From Gemmatales bacterium (GTDB taxonomy: Bacteria > Planctomycetota > Planctomycetia > Gemmatales > HRBIN36), in contig JANXCQ010000007.1 of assembly GCA_025060195.1 (NCBI GenBank), positions 34,647-98,646 on the forward strand: DNA of 64,000 nt. The letters are read 5' to 3'. A model generated the notes under the pieces. The model ran no database searches, was not told where the DNA came from, and saw nothing but the letters and a program-made list of their open reading frames with translations. Shown piece after piece: positions 7,684-17,775 of the stretch. The position numbers and the translations under genes are program-made. The number at the start of each line of letters is the position of its first letter. The first letter of the stretch is position 1.

Positions 7684-9072
7684 TCAAATTTCCCAGCCTT
7701 TACGGTACTCGCGACGGAGGTAGCGATTGGCCTCGGAATTATTGGTGATGCGGAAGTTTTCGCCGTCCCATTGCAACTTGGCGCCTGCCTTGATCGCAAC
7801 GTTACCAAGCAGGATGAATTCGGTGAGCGGGCCGGCGTAATCAAAGTTGGACATGGCGATTTCGGGCTTGTTTTCGCGGATAGCCATGGCGAGTTCGGCT
7901 TTCATACCGGTGTCGCCGCCGTCTTTGTTACGTGGCAACGTTTGCGGCACCTTCTTGGCCTCCGCTTCCAGTTCGCGCGGAATCAGTTGCCATTCGCCGC
8001 CGTAATCGCTGGGCGAGTAGAGTAAGCCTTTCTCGCCGACCATGATGCAGCCGCTGCTGGCGATTTGCTTGACGCCACTATCCAGGATGCGCTGCAACAG
8101 TTCTTTAGGCGGACGCAGCAACTGTCCGTCGCGGCGGCCTTCGTACCAGTGGAAAACAACAGGCGGCATGCCCTCGCGAGCGGGGAATTCCCAGACGACA
8201 TGGGCCCAGCTGGGGTACGTCTCAGGATTGACGTCGCCCGCTTGGGCTTCGACAGAGGTCGGATAATGGAGTTTCAGGGCCATATAAGGCAGGTTGGCAG
8301 TGTGGCAGCCCATGTCGCCGAGTGCGCCCGTGCCGAAATCCCACCAACCACGCCAACCGAATGGGTGATACACGGAGCTGTAGGGTCGTTCGGGTGCTGG
8401 GCCAAGAAAGAGATCCCACTTGACGTATTCTGGGACGGGTTCGGGCTTGGGACGCTGCATAATTTGGGGCGCCTGCCGCCAGACAGGACGATTTGTCCAG
8501 ACATGGACTTCTTTCACAGGCCCAATGACCCCCGCGCGAATTACTTCCACGCCGCGACGCAACACGGGCGACGCCGTGCCCTGGTTGCCCATTTGCGTGC
8601 ACACTTTGAACTTGCGGGCCGTTTCGCGGAGCAGCCGGGCCTCGTAAACGTTATGGGTGAGCGGTTTCTGCACGTAGGCATGTTTGCCCATCCGCATGGC
8701 CAGGACAGCAGCGACGGCATGGGTGTGGTCGGGCGTGCTGATAACCACAGCGTCAATTTTGTTACCCATTTCGTCCAACATCTTGCGGAAATCGTGGTAC
8801 TTCCGTGCTTCGGGGAAACGCTCGGCCATTTTGTTCAAAGGTCGGTCGTCAATGTCGCAGATGGCCACGATGTTGCCGAACCGTGCAGCTTGTTCGGTAT
8901 CACTTTGACCTTTGCCCCCGACGCCGATGCACGCAAAGTTGATTTTGTCGAGAGCGGATTTGGGTTCGGCCTGTGCCAAAAGGTCGCGTTCTGTGCCGAC
9001 CCAAAAACCTACGCTCACCCCGAACAGCGCCGACTGTTTCAGGAAATCCCGCCGACTGGTTCCCTTGCGCAT
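7684..9072 (-). CDS. Gfo/Idh/MocA-family NAD(P)-dependent oxidoreductase with a Tat signal peptide.
   Basis: ATG 9072 has AGGAG 6 nt upstream (ORF track starts at 9174). Twin-arginine motif TSRRDFLKQSALFGVSVG. Rossmann motif INFACIGVGGKGQSD. This is a common planctomycete family. Confidence 0.85.
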   Translation of the reverse strand: MRKGTSRRDFLKQSALFGVSVGFWVGTERDLLAQAEPKSALDKINFACIGVGGKGQSDTEQAARFGNIVAICDIDDRPLNKMAERFPEARKYHDFRKMLDEMGNKIDAVVISTPDHTHAVAAVLAMRMGKHAYVQKPLTHNVYEARLLRETARKFKVCTQMGNQGTASPVLRRGVEVIRAGVIGPVKEVHVWTNRPVWRQAPQIMQRPKPEPVPEYVKWDLFLGPAPERPYSSVYHPFGWRGWWDFGTGALGDMGCHTANLPYMALKLHYPTSVEAQAGDVNPETYPSWAHVVWEFPAREGMPPVVFHWYEGRRDGQLLRPPKELLQRILDSGVKQIASSGCIMVGEKGLLYSPSDYGGEWQLIPRELEAEAKKVPQTLPRNKDGGDTGMKAELAMAIRENKPEIAMSNFDYAGPLTEFILLGNVAIKAGAKLQWDGENFRITNNSEANRYLRREYRKGWEI

Positions 9073-9241
9073 CGCTGGCTCCTTTTGTGAGGAATACGGG
9101 CTAAGTTTCATATTGCCGGCCTCGCGTGAAAGCACGCTGCTACAGGGAAATCTCCCCCTCCAGGATGACATCATGCAGCCTCAATGTATGAAAATTTTTT
9201 TGGGGAGCAACGGTCGGCGACTTGGAAGCACTTTCCTAACA

Positions 9242-10009
9242 CTAGGGCGAAGAGGCGGGTTTCGCGGGGTGGGGCGGTGCGTTGCGCTGCGGTAAATGAT
9301 ACAAACGAAAACCGACGTCCTTGCGGTCATGAACTTGGCCGCCCTCGTCCGTGCGGTTCATCCCTACGGAATAAATCACGATACCTTCGGGCGTGCTTTT
9401 CAGTAGCATGGCACTACCCGTGAATGGGTCTATGGGAATCTCGGATAAAAATGTTGGCACTAATTCTGACCAGTCGGCGGGCAGTCGGCCGTGGCGCACT
9501 CGATATTCCTCGGCAGCTAGAGCGGCCTGAGCGGCCAATAATTCGCCTCGCAGGTTAGCGCACCCCGACCAAAGCTGGGGGTAATCCAGCTGCATAGGAC
9601 CGCCCCGACAAAGCACTGCTGCCCAGAAAGGCTCAAGTGCCTCTGGAGGTAGTTTGAGCGTCTTTTGATTCTCAGGGAAAGCCTGGTCAGAAAAAGGTAA
9701 ACGGGCAAACGCCTCCACTTGGTTCAGGTAGCGGAGATTGGCCGCATGAAACTTAAGATAGTAGGGATACGCAAATCGTTGCTTCGTTGCGTGGGGCAAG
9801 TCCTCCAAAACCCACTTCTTCCATGTTTCACTCCACCCAGCGGGCCTACTTGGGGAAGAAACACTATGAACACTTGGTCGGACAAATTGTCCCCAAGTTA
9901 ATCTCCCGCTCAATAAATTGTCATAAGCAACCTGGAAAGCGGCTCGTTCTGCGCGCACCAGAGCGAGAAACGGGTTCATGTTCGCCCGCTGTTCTAGGAT
10001 CTGGGCCAA
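9242..10009 (-). CDS. Hypothetical protein. It is probably the C-terminal half of the gene upstream, and its C-terminus carries a pseudopilin-like motif.
   Basis: It is in the same frame as 10025-10792, separated by TAG plus 5 codons. The track start at 10009 is TTG and the first ATG is at 9979. The C-terminus reads AAQAALAAEEYRVRHGRLPADWSELVP..IPIDPFTG...IVIYSVGMNRTDEGG. Confidence 0.5.
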   Translation of the reverse strand: MAQILEQRANMNPFLALVRAERAAFQVAYDNLLSGRLTWGQFVRPSVHSVSSPSRPAGWSETWKKWVLEDLPHATKQRFAYPYYLKFHAANLRYLNQVEAFARLPFSDQAFPENQKTLKLPPEALEPFWAAVLCRGGPMQLDYPQLWSGCANLRGELLAAQAALAAEEYRVRHGRLPADWSELVPTFLSEIPIDPFTGSAMLLKSTPEGIVIYSVGMNRTDEGGQVHDRKDVGFRLYHLPQRNAPPHPAKPASSP

Positions 10010-10024
10010 GCGCGTCCGTGTTTC

Positions 10025-10792
10025 CTAGGACAACTCCCCTAATGCCAGATGCCGCTCGATTTGCCTCACCGCTCGTCCTGCCAGTTGCAGGCCAGCAATT
10101 TGTCCCAGTGCATACAACTCATCGTCGAAGCAGGTTGCCACCACCCACTGGGCCAGAAGCATCGCCTCTGCTTCCCGGAAACGTTTTTCTGAACAAAAGC
10201 CTTCGTGAAGCAACTGTAAGGCGTTCATAGTTCCCCGTGGGATGTCGTACATTCCTAAGGACACCATATAGGGGTCTGGCTGCATCGGACTTAGCGGGAT
10301 GCGAGCGCGACGATACTGGAGAAGTTGAAACGCGCATTGCACTAGAATTGGGTCGTCGGCCTGCCAATGGTTGATCGACTCTTTTAAATGCGGCGGCAAA
10401 GAACGATTGGGATGCTTCAACGCCTCTTCGTGGTACCAATCCCAGAAGCTGCCCGGTCGAGAGCGTGAGAATTCGCTGGCCCGAGGATGAGTGCGGAAGC
10501 GTCGCGACAGTTCGACGACAATCGGCCAGGCGTCCTCACTGGGGTCGAGCGGTTCCCGCTGGGCCACTAAGTCGTCCCAGCGCCAATTGGGATATAGTTT
10601 GTCCGTTTCTTCCAACGCACGGGCTACTTCCGCTTTACCCTGGTGCCAAACGTATATAAGCCAGGTTCCAGGTAACCCGATAACCAGACCCAACAAGCTG
10701 AGGCTGAGCACTACTACACGCCAAAACCAACGGCCTGGCTTCTTTTCCGCGGCGGAGATGTCACTTGTCGAGGCCGAATATTCGTGGTGCAT
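10025..10792 (-). CDS. Hypothetical N-terminally membrane-anchored protein. It is probably the N-terminal half of a gene interrupted by TAG 10025-10027.
   Basis: ATG 10792. The TM segment is WFWRVVVLSLSLLGLVIGLPGTWLIYVW. The ORF ends ...RHLALGELS*, and the reading frame continues as ETRTRLAQILEQ. Confidence 0.5.
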   Translation of the reverse strand: MHHEYSASTSDISAAEKKPGRWFWRVVVLSLSLLGLVIGLPGTWLIYVWHQGKAEVARALEETDKLYPNWRWDDLVAQREPLDPSEDAWPIVVELSRRFRTHPRASEFSRSRPGSFWDWYHEEALKHPNRSLPPHLKESINHWQADDPILVQCAFQLLQYRRARIPLSPMQPDPYMVSLGMYDIPRGTMNALQLLHEGFCSEKRFREAEAMLLAQWVVATCFDDELYALGQIAGLQLAGRAVRQIERHLALGELS

Positions 10793-11123
10793 GATCCTGG
10801 TCCTAACATGTCCCGCTATAACTTATTTATTGTATTAGCCAGGTTTAGTAGGCCAGTCAACAAGGGGACGCTGGGCGTCATCGTCCAACCAATATAAGCC
10901 ATTGAACCGGTCTGGTGAATGCCTCGAAAAGAAACCACTATTGACATTGCACGGGTTTGAAAATTAGCCCGCGAAACCCGATCACATGAGCCGACACACG
11001 CTTGGCGAGAAATACATCGTTACAGCTTAAGCCAGCGGGACGGTGTCACGCGGGTGCGAGCAATGATTTACAATTAAATCTCATGCGGCTGGGCTAGCCC
11101 AAGATGGCTGGGAGTGGGTGACT

Positions 11124-13955
11124 ATGCCAAAATACAATCCGCAACGCATCGAACCGAAATGGCAAAAGTATTGGCTCGAAAACAAAACGTTTCGCACGCC
11201 GGATTTTCCCGATAAGCCGAAGTTCTATGTCTTGGATATGTTTCCCTATCCTAGTGGTGCGGGTTTGCATGTGGGACATCCCGAAGGTTACACTGCGACC
11301 GATATTGTGGCCCGTTATAAAAGGATGCGCGGCTATTGTGTGCTGCATCCCATGGGTTGGGATGCGTTTGGTCTGCCCGCTGAGCAGTACGCTATCGAAA
11401 CGGGTACGCATCCTCGCATCACTACACAACAAAACATCGCCACGTTTCGTCGGCAAATCCAAATGCTCGGGTTTAGCTATGACTGGGACCGTGAAATCGA
11501 TACCACCGACCCAGCTTACTACAAGTGGACTCAATGGATTTTCCTGCTGTTGTACGATACGTGGTACGATGAGACCCAACAGCGTGGTCGTCCGATCGCG
11601 GAGTTGCCCATTCCCCCAGAAATCCAGGCCCAGGGGGAGCGTGCCGTCCGCGAATATCGCGACAGTAAACGATTGGCCTATCTAGCCGATGCCCCGGTGA
11701 ATTGGTGCCCTGCTCTCGGCACAGTGTTGGCGAATGAGGAAGTAGTAGATGGCAAGTCAGAGCGCGGCGGCCACCCTGTCATCCGCATTCCGCTGCGGCA
11801 ATGGATGCTCCGCATCACTGCCTATGCCGAGCGATTGCTGCGCGACCTGGACCTGGTGGACTGGCCTGAACCAATTAAGGAAATGCAACGTCATTGGATT
11901 GGGCGCAGCGAAGGGGCGGAAGTAGATTTTCCTCTGGATCGTCCCGATGCGGCATATCAGCAATGGTTAGCGGAGCGGCAACGGCGCGGTTGGCCGGAAG
12001 TGCCGGAGCCCGACGTGATTCGCATCTATACTACCAGGCCCGATACCTTATTTGGCGCCACCTATATGGTGTTGGCCCCCGAGCATCCGTTGGTGCCGCG
12101 GATTACCGCTGCGCCCTATCGTGAGGCCGTGGAGGCTTATCGCGCCGAGGCCGCCCGCAAGAGCGATCTGGAGCGCACTGAGTTGGCCCGCAAGAAAACG
12201 GGGGTCTTTACTGGCGCGTACGCCATTAATCCTGTCAACGGTGAACGCATCCCCATTTGGATAGCTGATTATGTCCTGATCAGCTACGGGACAGGCGCGA
12301 TTATGGCTGTGCCTGCCCACGATGAACGCGACTTTGAGTTCGCCCAACAGTTCGGCCTGCCGATCCGCACGGTCGTGCGGCCCCCCGACGACTGGTTAGA
12401 GCAAACTAAGAGTACTTTAGATCACTTGACCCAGGCGTATGTACAAGACGGTATAGCTGTGAACAGTGGTGAGTTCGATGGCCTGCCGACTCCTGAGTTC
12501 AAGAAACGAATCACGACCTGGTTGAGCGAACGCGGCCTAGGACGTTTCAAGGTCAACTATAAATTGCGCGATTGGCTCTTTAGCCGCCAACGCTATTGGG
12601 GCGAACCCTTCCCTATTTTGTTTGAGTTAGATGAGGCGGGCCAACCGACAGGTGTTATGGAGCCGCTCACGATTTCCGAGCTACCCCTGACGCTTCCAGA
12701 ATTAGAGGACTTCAAACCTACTGGCAGGCCCGAACCGCCCTTGGAAAAGGCTAAAGATTGGGTCTATGTGACACGTCAGGGAAAGCGCTATAAGCGCGAG
12801 ACAAACACCATGCCCCAATGGGCAGGCTCTTGCTGGTATTATTTGCGTTATATAGACCCCAAAAACGACCAGGCCTTGTGCGATCCCGCGAAGGAAAAAG
12901 CCTGGATGCCTGTGGACTTGTACGTCGGGGGAGCCGAGCATGCTGTGCTTCACCTGTTGTATTCACGGTTCTGGCATAAGGTCCTCTACGATCGCGGCTA
13001 TGTCTCAACTCCTGAGCCGTTCCAGAAGCTCGTTAATCAGGGCATGATTCTGGGGGAAATGGAATACACGGCGTTTCGCAACTCTCAGGGCCAATGGGTA
13101 TCGGCACAATTCGTCGAGGAGGAAACCGCTACGGACAAACGCACGGGCGAAAAATACGAACGCGTCCGACTTAGCGAGGATCAGGTCGAGAAACGCGGCG
13201 AGTATTTCGTTCTCAAGGAGGCACCCGACATTCGCGTGGATGCTCGGGCCTACAAGATGTCCAAAAGCCGGGGGAATGTGATTAATCCCGATCAAGTGGT
13301 GGCAGAATACGGAGCAGACAGTTTACGCCTATACGAAATGTTTATGGGACCGTTAGAGGCTACTAAACCTTGGAGCATGCGCGGCGTCGAAGGGGTGTAT
13401 CGGTTCCTGCATCGTGTCTGGCGGCTCGTGATTGACGAAGAAGCAGACACTATGCGGCTGCACCCGGGTGTGCGTGATGTCGCAGCGGACCGAGAAACGC
13501 TCCGACGCTTGCATGCAACCATTAAAAAGGTAACCGAGGACATCGAGGCTATGCGGTTCAACACGGCCATCGCTGCCATGATGGAATTTGCTAACTATCT
13601 AAGTCGCCTCGAGGTAAGGCCGAAAGCCGTTCTAGAAACCTTTGTCTTGTTGTTGTCCCCGTTTGCTCCGCATATCGCTGAGGAATTATGGCAGGCTCTG
13701 GGCCATGCCCAGACCCTCGCATATCATCCATGGCCAGAGTACGATCCTGACCTAATTCGGACTGAGGAAGTAGAGATCCCTGTCCAGGTGAATGGTAAAG
13801 TACGGACCCGCATCATAGTCCCGAGAGATGCCGATGAGGAAACCATCCGACAAACCGCCTTAGCCGATCCGAAAGTGCAGGAATGGCTCGCGGGGAAGAC
13901 CGTTCGCAAGACGATCATTGTGCCTAATAAACTGGTCAATCTGGTCGTAGCTTAG
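11124..13955 (+). CDS. leuS: Leucyl-tRNA synthetase.
   Basis: HIGH motif HVGHPEGY and KMSKS motif KMSKSRGN are present, with full-length class-I LeuRS architecture. ATG 11124 has GGAG about 8 nt upstream. An alternative GTG start is at 11118. Confidence 0.95.
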   Translation: MPKYNPQRIEPKWQKYWLENKTFRTPDFPDKPKFYVLDMFPYPSGAGLHVGHPEGYTATDIVARYKRMRGYCVLHPMGWDAFGLPAEQYAIETGTHPRITTQQNIATFRRQIQMLGFSYDWDREIDTTDPAYYKWTQWIFLLLYDTWYDETQQRGRPIAELPIPPEIQAQGERAVREYRDSKRLAYLADAPVNWCPALGTVLANEEVVDGKSERGGHPVIRIPLRQWMLRITAYAERLLRDLDLVDWPEPIKEMQRHWIGRSEGAEVDFPLDRPDAAYQQWLAERQRRGWPEVPEPDVIRIYTTRPDTLFGATYMVLAPEHPLVPRITAAPYREAVEAYRAEAARKSDLERTELARKKTGVFTGAYAINPVNGERIPIWIADYVLISYGTGAIMAVPAHDERDFEFAQQFGLPIRTVVRPPDDWLEQTKSTLDHLTQAYVQDGIAVNSGEFDGLPTPEFKKRITTWLSERGLGRFKVNYKLRDWLFSRQRYWGEPFPILFELDEAGQPTGVMEPLTISELPLTLPELEDFKPTGRPEPPLEKAKDWVYVTRQGKRYKRETNTMPQWAGSCWYYLRYIDPKNDQALCDPAKEKAWMPVDLYVGGAEHAVLHLLYSRFWHKVLYDRGYVSTPEPFQKLVNQGMILGEMEYTAFRNSQGQWVSAQFVEEETATDKRTGEKYERVRLSEDQVEKRGEYFVLKEAPDIRVDARAYKMSKSRGNVINPDQVVAEYGADSLRLYEMFMGPLEATKPWSMRGVEGVYRFLHRVWRLVIDEEADTMRLHPGVRDVAADRETLRRLHATIKKVTEDIEAMRFNTAIAAMMEFANYLSRLEVRPKAVLETFVLLLSPFAPHIAEELWQALGHAQTLAYHPWPEYDPDLIRTEEVEIPVQVNGKVRTRIIVPRDADEETIRQTALADPKVQEWLAGKTVRKTIIVPNKLVNLVVA

Positions 13956-13999
13956 TACACAATTGCGAGTAAGATAGGGGACTAAAGTGGAGTTCATCC

Positions 14000-15412
14000 A
14001 TGCCGGGAGAATCGGAATCACGGAACGGTCGAGCGGCAGCTTTAGAATACTTAGAACGGCAACAGGAACGCCTGGTTCGCGACTTAGCCGAGTTAGTGGC
14101 CATTCCCAGTATTAGCACCGACGGTGCCCACGCGCAGGAAATCGAAGCGTGCGCCCAGAAAGTGGCCGAGCAAATGCGCCGCGCAGGTCTCGAGCATGTC
14201 GAGATCTTGCGTCCCGCGGGCGCCTATCCTTATGTTTACGGGGACTGGTTACATGCACCGGGCCGGCCGACCATTCTCCTTTATTCCCATTACGATGTGC
14301 AGCCCACCAACTACTTAGATCAGTGGCAAAGTGATCCATGGAAACTGACCCAGCGCGACGGCAGGCTCTATGGACGCGGCGCTGCAGACGATAAAGGCGC
14401 TATTACGGTTCAACTTGCGTCCCTGGAAGCTTGGCTAAAAACTTCGGGAGGTTTGCCCGTAAACATTAAGATGTTAGTCGAGGGAGAAGAAGAAGTAGGT
14501 TCGCAAAATTTGATGGGTTTTTTGAAAGAACATCAGGAGCGGTTGCGTGCCGATGTGTTAGTGGTGACCGATACCGAAAACTTAGATACGCAAACACCGT
14601 GCATCACCACTTCATTGCGCGGGATCATTACACTAAAAGTCGAGGTACGAGCGTTGGAACGCCCCCTTCATTCGGGCATGGCAGGAGGCTTAGCCCCTGA
14701 TGCGGCATTAGCGCTGAACGCCATCCTGGCGCGGCTATGTTGGGCGGGGAAGCGACGGATTCCCGTGCCGGGTTTTTATGAGCAGGTAAAGCGAATGACA
14801 GGCAAGGAGCGGAAAGCCTTGCGCGCGCTGCAGGTCTCGCCTCAAAAGTTACGGCAAGACCTGACCTTATTACCTGGGGTAAAATTCGCCCACTTACCGG
14901 GCGTGCATCCTTACGAACAGACTTGGCGTTTACCCGCTGTGACCATCATCGCTCAGGAGGCAAGTTCCCTGAAACAGGCCAGCAACCAGGTTCTTCCTTA
15001 CGCCATGGCATTAGTCAGCGTACGCATCGTTCCAGAACAGGAACCTAAGAAAGTCATTCGTGCTTTGACCAAGGAGCTAACCTCGCGTGCGCCTTGGGGA
15101 GTGCGCGTGCAAGTGACCCCTGTCGGTGAGCCGGTGAAATGGTGGTATATCCAGCCCAAGGGCACGGCGTTCGAGGCGGCTATGCGGGCATTGCACGCGG
15201 GTTACGGAAAAAAGCCTTTGACTATCGGTTGCGGCGGCACCATTGGATTCGTCGGGCCGCTCTGCGAACTATTCGGCGGGATTCCCGCGTTACTCCTTGG
15301 CATCGAGGATCCGCAATCGGCAGCGCATTCGCCTAATGAAAGTCTCAGCTTAGATATCTTTCGCAAGCTTGCTCGGTCCTTAGTACATCTCTATGCTGAG
15401 TTGGTGCAATGA
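14000..15412 (+). CDS. M20-family metallopeptidase or dipeptidase (ArgE/DapE/CPG2-like).
   Basis: 470 aa with the motifs LLYSHYDVQP, GRGAADDKG and VEGEEEVGS. Confidence 0.85.
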   Translation: MPGESESRNGRAAALEYLERQQERLVRDLAELVAIPSISTDGAHAQEIEACAQKVAEQMRRAGLEHVEILRPAGAYPYVYGDWLHAPGRPTILLYSHYDVQPTNYLDQWQSDPWKLTQRDGRLYGRGAADDKGAITVQLASLEAWLKTSGGLPVNIKMLVEGEEEVGSQNLMGFLKEHQERLRADVLVVTDTENLDTQTPCITTSLRGIITLKVEVRALERPLHSGMAGGLAPDAALALNAILARLCWAGKRRIPVPGFYEQVKRMTGKERKALRALQVSPQKLRQDLTLLPGVKFAHLPGVHPYEQTWRLPAVTIIAQEASSLKQASNQVLPYAMALVSVRIVPEQEPKKVIRALTKELTSRAPWGVRVQVTPVGEPVKWWYIQPKGTAFEAAMRALHAGYGKKPLTIGCGGTIGFVGPLCELFGGIPALLLGIEDPQSAAHSPNESLSLDIFRKLARSLVHLYAELVQ

Positions 15413-15766
15413 ATCTTTTTTTCGCGACGCCTAGCAGATTGCCAGATATCCGATCGGAGCTTCATAGCGTATCTCCTGGCGCATCGTAAAATGCTTTCCT
15501 GAAGATTGCCCGGACAGACGTAGATGATTCAACTGCGTCTGATTTTTCCAATATTAGGCGTCATGGCGGTGGAGATGGGAAAAGCACCTAAGTTAGATAA
15601 GTAATCATTTTAGTAATCACTAAGGAGCACCTTAGTAGTGAGATAAGATTTCGAGCTAGGCGTGCAAAAAGCTAAGTCTAAATATTTACCTTGGTCACTA
15701 AGTGCAGGGACATACATCGCGGGTAAAGGATTACTGAAACAATGGAATAAGAGGAAAAATAACCTA

Positions 15767-16390
15767 ATGAGATGGCCTCGGCCTCTGATATTAGCGAGTA
15801 GTTCGCCCGCACGGCAGGAATTACTACGCAAACAGGGCTTTGCCTTCCAAGTCATCGCACCCCAGATTGAGGAGCCTGACGAAAGCGGTGCCGCGGACGT
15901 GCGTGCTTATGTTGCGGAGATAGCTTGGCGCAAGGCGTATGCCGTCGCGTCCAGGGTAAGTTACGGGGTAATCTTGGCCGCAGATTCAGTCGGGTGGCAT
16001 GAGGGACAGGTAATTGGCAAACCCGTAGATCGCGATGATGCTCGGCGGATTTTACGTCGGCTAAGTGGCACGCGTCATGAGTTGTGGACAGGCGTGTGTG
16101 TATGGCTACGGCCTGAGGACTGGCAGTTAACCTGGCAGGAGAAGAGTATTTTGTATATGCGACCGATTACGGACCAAGAGTTAGAAGCCTATCTAGATTC
16201 TGGCAGATGGCAGGGTAAATCGGGTGCCTATGCCATTGAAGAGCAGGATGATCCTTATCTCACCGTTCTCGAAGGAACCGTCAGTAACGTGATCGGTTTG
16301 CCTATAGAAACGTTCCGACAGGTTTGGTGCCACTATTTACCTGGGTTGGCTGCCAGCGCGGCATCGGTGGAGGCCTTAGCCGGCAACTAA
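15767..16390 (+). CDS. maf: Maf-like nucleoside-triphosphate pyrophosphatase.
   Basis: LILASSSPARQELL at the N-terminus, and GKSGAYAIEE. ATG 15767 is chosen over the longer ORF start at 15662, which lies in an AT-rich spacer. Confidence 0.85.
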   Translation: MRWPRPLILASSSPARQELLRKQGFAFQVIAPQIEEPDESGAADVRAYVAEIAWRKAYAVASRVSYGVILAADSVGWHEGQVIGKPVDRDDARRILRRLSGTRHELWTGVCVWLRPEDWQLTWQEKSILYMRPITDQELEAYLDSGRWQGKSGAYAIEEQDDPYLTVLEGTVSNVIGLPIETFRQVWCHYLPGLAASAASVEALAGN

Positions 16391-16482
16391 CGGTGGCCAC
16401 CGCGTCAATTGACTGCCTGCGACAAGTTTTCTATGATTAGTTCGCAGAAGGCCGTCTTCAGCCATTGGTAAGGAGCCGACTC

Positions 16483-16803
16483 GTGCTGGTCAAGATTTCT
16501 GCACGCCACGGTCAACTGTCGCCGGAACTGCAGGACTTCATTCGGGAAAAAGCAGAGAAGCTGGTGCATTATTTCGGGCGCCTGATGGCAGTCGAGGTTA
16601 CCGTGGATCTGAAAGGTGACGTTAAGCAGGTGGAATTTCTTGTCTCGGCCGAACATAAACATGATTTCGTGGCGCGCGAGTCGGCCGGAGATGTGCGGGC
16701 GGCCGTAGATTTGATTATGGATAAGCTGGAAAGGCAACTGACACGCTATAAAGAAAAAATCCAGGACCATCGGCGCACGCCCCCGATGGGAGGTGTGCCG
16801 TAG
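16483..16803 (+). CDS. hpf: Ribosome hibernation promoting factor (HPF/RaiA family, short form).
   Basis: GTG 16483 has AAGGAG 7 nt upstream. Sequence reads VKISARHGQLSPELQDFIREKAEKL...KLERQLTRYKEK. Confidence 0.85.
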   Translation: MLVKISARHGQLSPELQDFIREKAEKLVHYFGRLMAVEVTVDLKGDVKQVEFLVSAEHKHDFVARESAGDVRAAVDLIMDKLERQLTRYKEKIQDHRRTPPMGGVP

Positions 16804-16932
16804 TCGGCTCCCCGTTATCATGAGCCAAGCGTTCGTCCCAGGGTCCGTCGTAACCCAGGGCGCGACCGGAGGTACCTGGACAACTACGACTCAACGCTCG
16901 GTCTGAAGTACGCCAAGAAAGGGCTGAAACTT

Positions 16933-17400
16933 ATGCGCATTTCGGAATTCGTCGTCAAGGAGGCCCTGATACCCAATCTAATGCAAACTACGAAAGAAGG
17001 CGTCATTCGCGAGATGGTAGAAGCGCTCAAACGCACTGGCCACATCAAGGCCAGCCAAGTGGAAAGTATCGTCAAAGCACTGCTGAAGCGAGAGCAGTTA
17101 GGTTCGACCGGCATAGGCCATGGTGTCGCCATTCCCCACACCAAACATGAGGGGGTGGATCGCCTGATTGGCACAGTGGCAGTTTCCCACCAGGGAGTTG
17201 ACTTTCAGAGTATCGACAATGAGCCGGTTTACATTTTCGTGTTACTCATTTCCCCAATTGACCGCACGGGCGAACATTTGCGAGCATTAGAGAACGTAAC
17301 GAGAAATCTCCGTAACGAAACCTTTTGCCGTTTCTTACGCCAAGCGACGACTGCCGAAGAAATTTGGGAACTCATCCTCGAAGCGGAAGGCAGTGCCTAA
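16933..17400 (+). CDS. ptsN: PTS EIIA(Ntr)-type protein.
   Basis: 155 aa with the active-site block GIGHGVAIPHTK. Confidence 0.85.
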   Translation: MRISEFVVKEALIPNLMQTTKEGVIREMVEALKRTGHIKASQVESIVKALLKREQLGSTGIGHGVAIPHTKHEGVDRLIGTVAVSHQGVDFQSIDNEPVYIFVLLISPIDRTGEHLRALENVTRNLRNETFCRFLRQATTAEEIWELILEAEGSA

Positions 17401-17477
17401 GGTGGGGAGCCAACGGCCAATGGGCTACCAGCCGAGACACTGCCGCATGAATCCGCCTCCGCTCAGGGCAGGGAGCA

Positions 17478-17756
17478 ATGCCTCAACAGCGCGTGGTGCG
17501 CACCATCATTATTGCCGACCAGCAAGGATTGCATCTGCGTCAGGCGGTGGAATGTGCGCAGGCAGCGGGACGCTATCAAAGCCAGATTATTTTGGTCTCG
17601 GGAGAGCGCCGAGCGGAGAATTGTCGCAGCCCTTTTGAAATTTTGCAACTGGGCGCAGGCTACGGCGCCGCGGTAACCATCGAAGCTACCGGTCCCGATG
17701 CGGAGCAAGCGGTCGAGGAAATCGCCGCTATCCTGAGCCGACAGACTTCTCACTGA
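17478..17756 (+). CDS. ptsH: HPr/NPr phosphocarrier protein.
   Basis: 92 aa. The His-15 context is QQGLHLRQA. A Ser-46-like position is present in NCRSPFEILQLG. Confidence 0.8.
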   Translation: MPQQRVVRTIIIADQQGLHLRQAVECAQAAGRYQSQIILVSGERRAENCRSPFEILQLGAGYGAAVTIEATGPDAEQAVEEIAAILSRQTSH

Positions 17757-17775
17757 CTGATCGCCATACCTTGGC

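Noticed and set aside
8065-9090. A 341-aa plus-strand ORF, plus several shorter ones, antisense to the oxidoreductase gene.
   Set aside because: It has no recognisable motif, RBS or sensible start. The opposite strand carries a full-length, motif-rich Gfo/Idh/MocA gene. Long antisense ORFs are expected in GC-rich coding DNA.
9242-10792. The two adjacent ORFs have exactly the same length (255 aa each), suggesting a tandem duplication.
   Set aside because: Their sequences show no similarity to each other. The equal length is coincidental. The in-frame TAG explanation fits better.
15515-15548. Hairpin CAGACG-N15-CGTCTG followed by ATTTTTCC, about 100 nt downstream of the M20 peptidase gene, considered as a possible intrinsic terminator.
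   Set aside because: The stem is only 6 bp, the loop is 15 nt and the T-run is short. This is too weak to call.
16405-16821. A 138-aa minus-strand ORF opposite hpf. Similar antisense ORFs lie opposite leuS (11094-11579) and ilvN (33356-33919).
   Set aside because: Each is antisense to a well-supported conserved gene and lacks motifs or translation signals.
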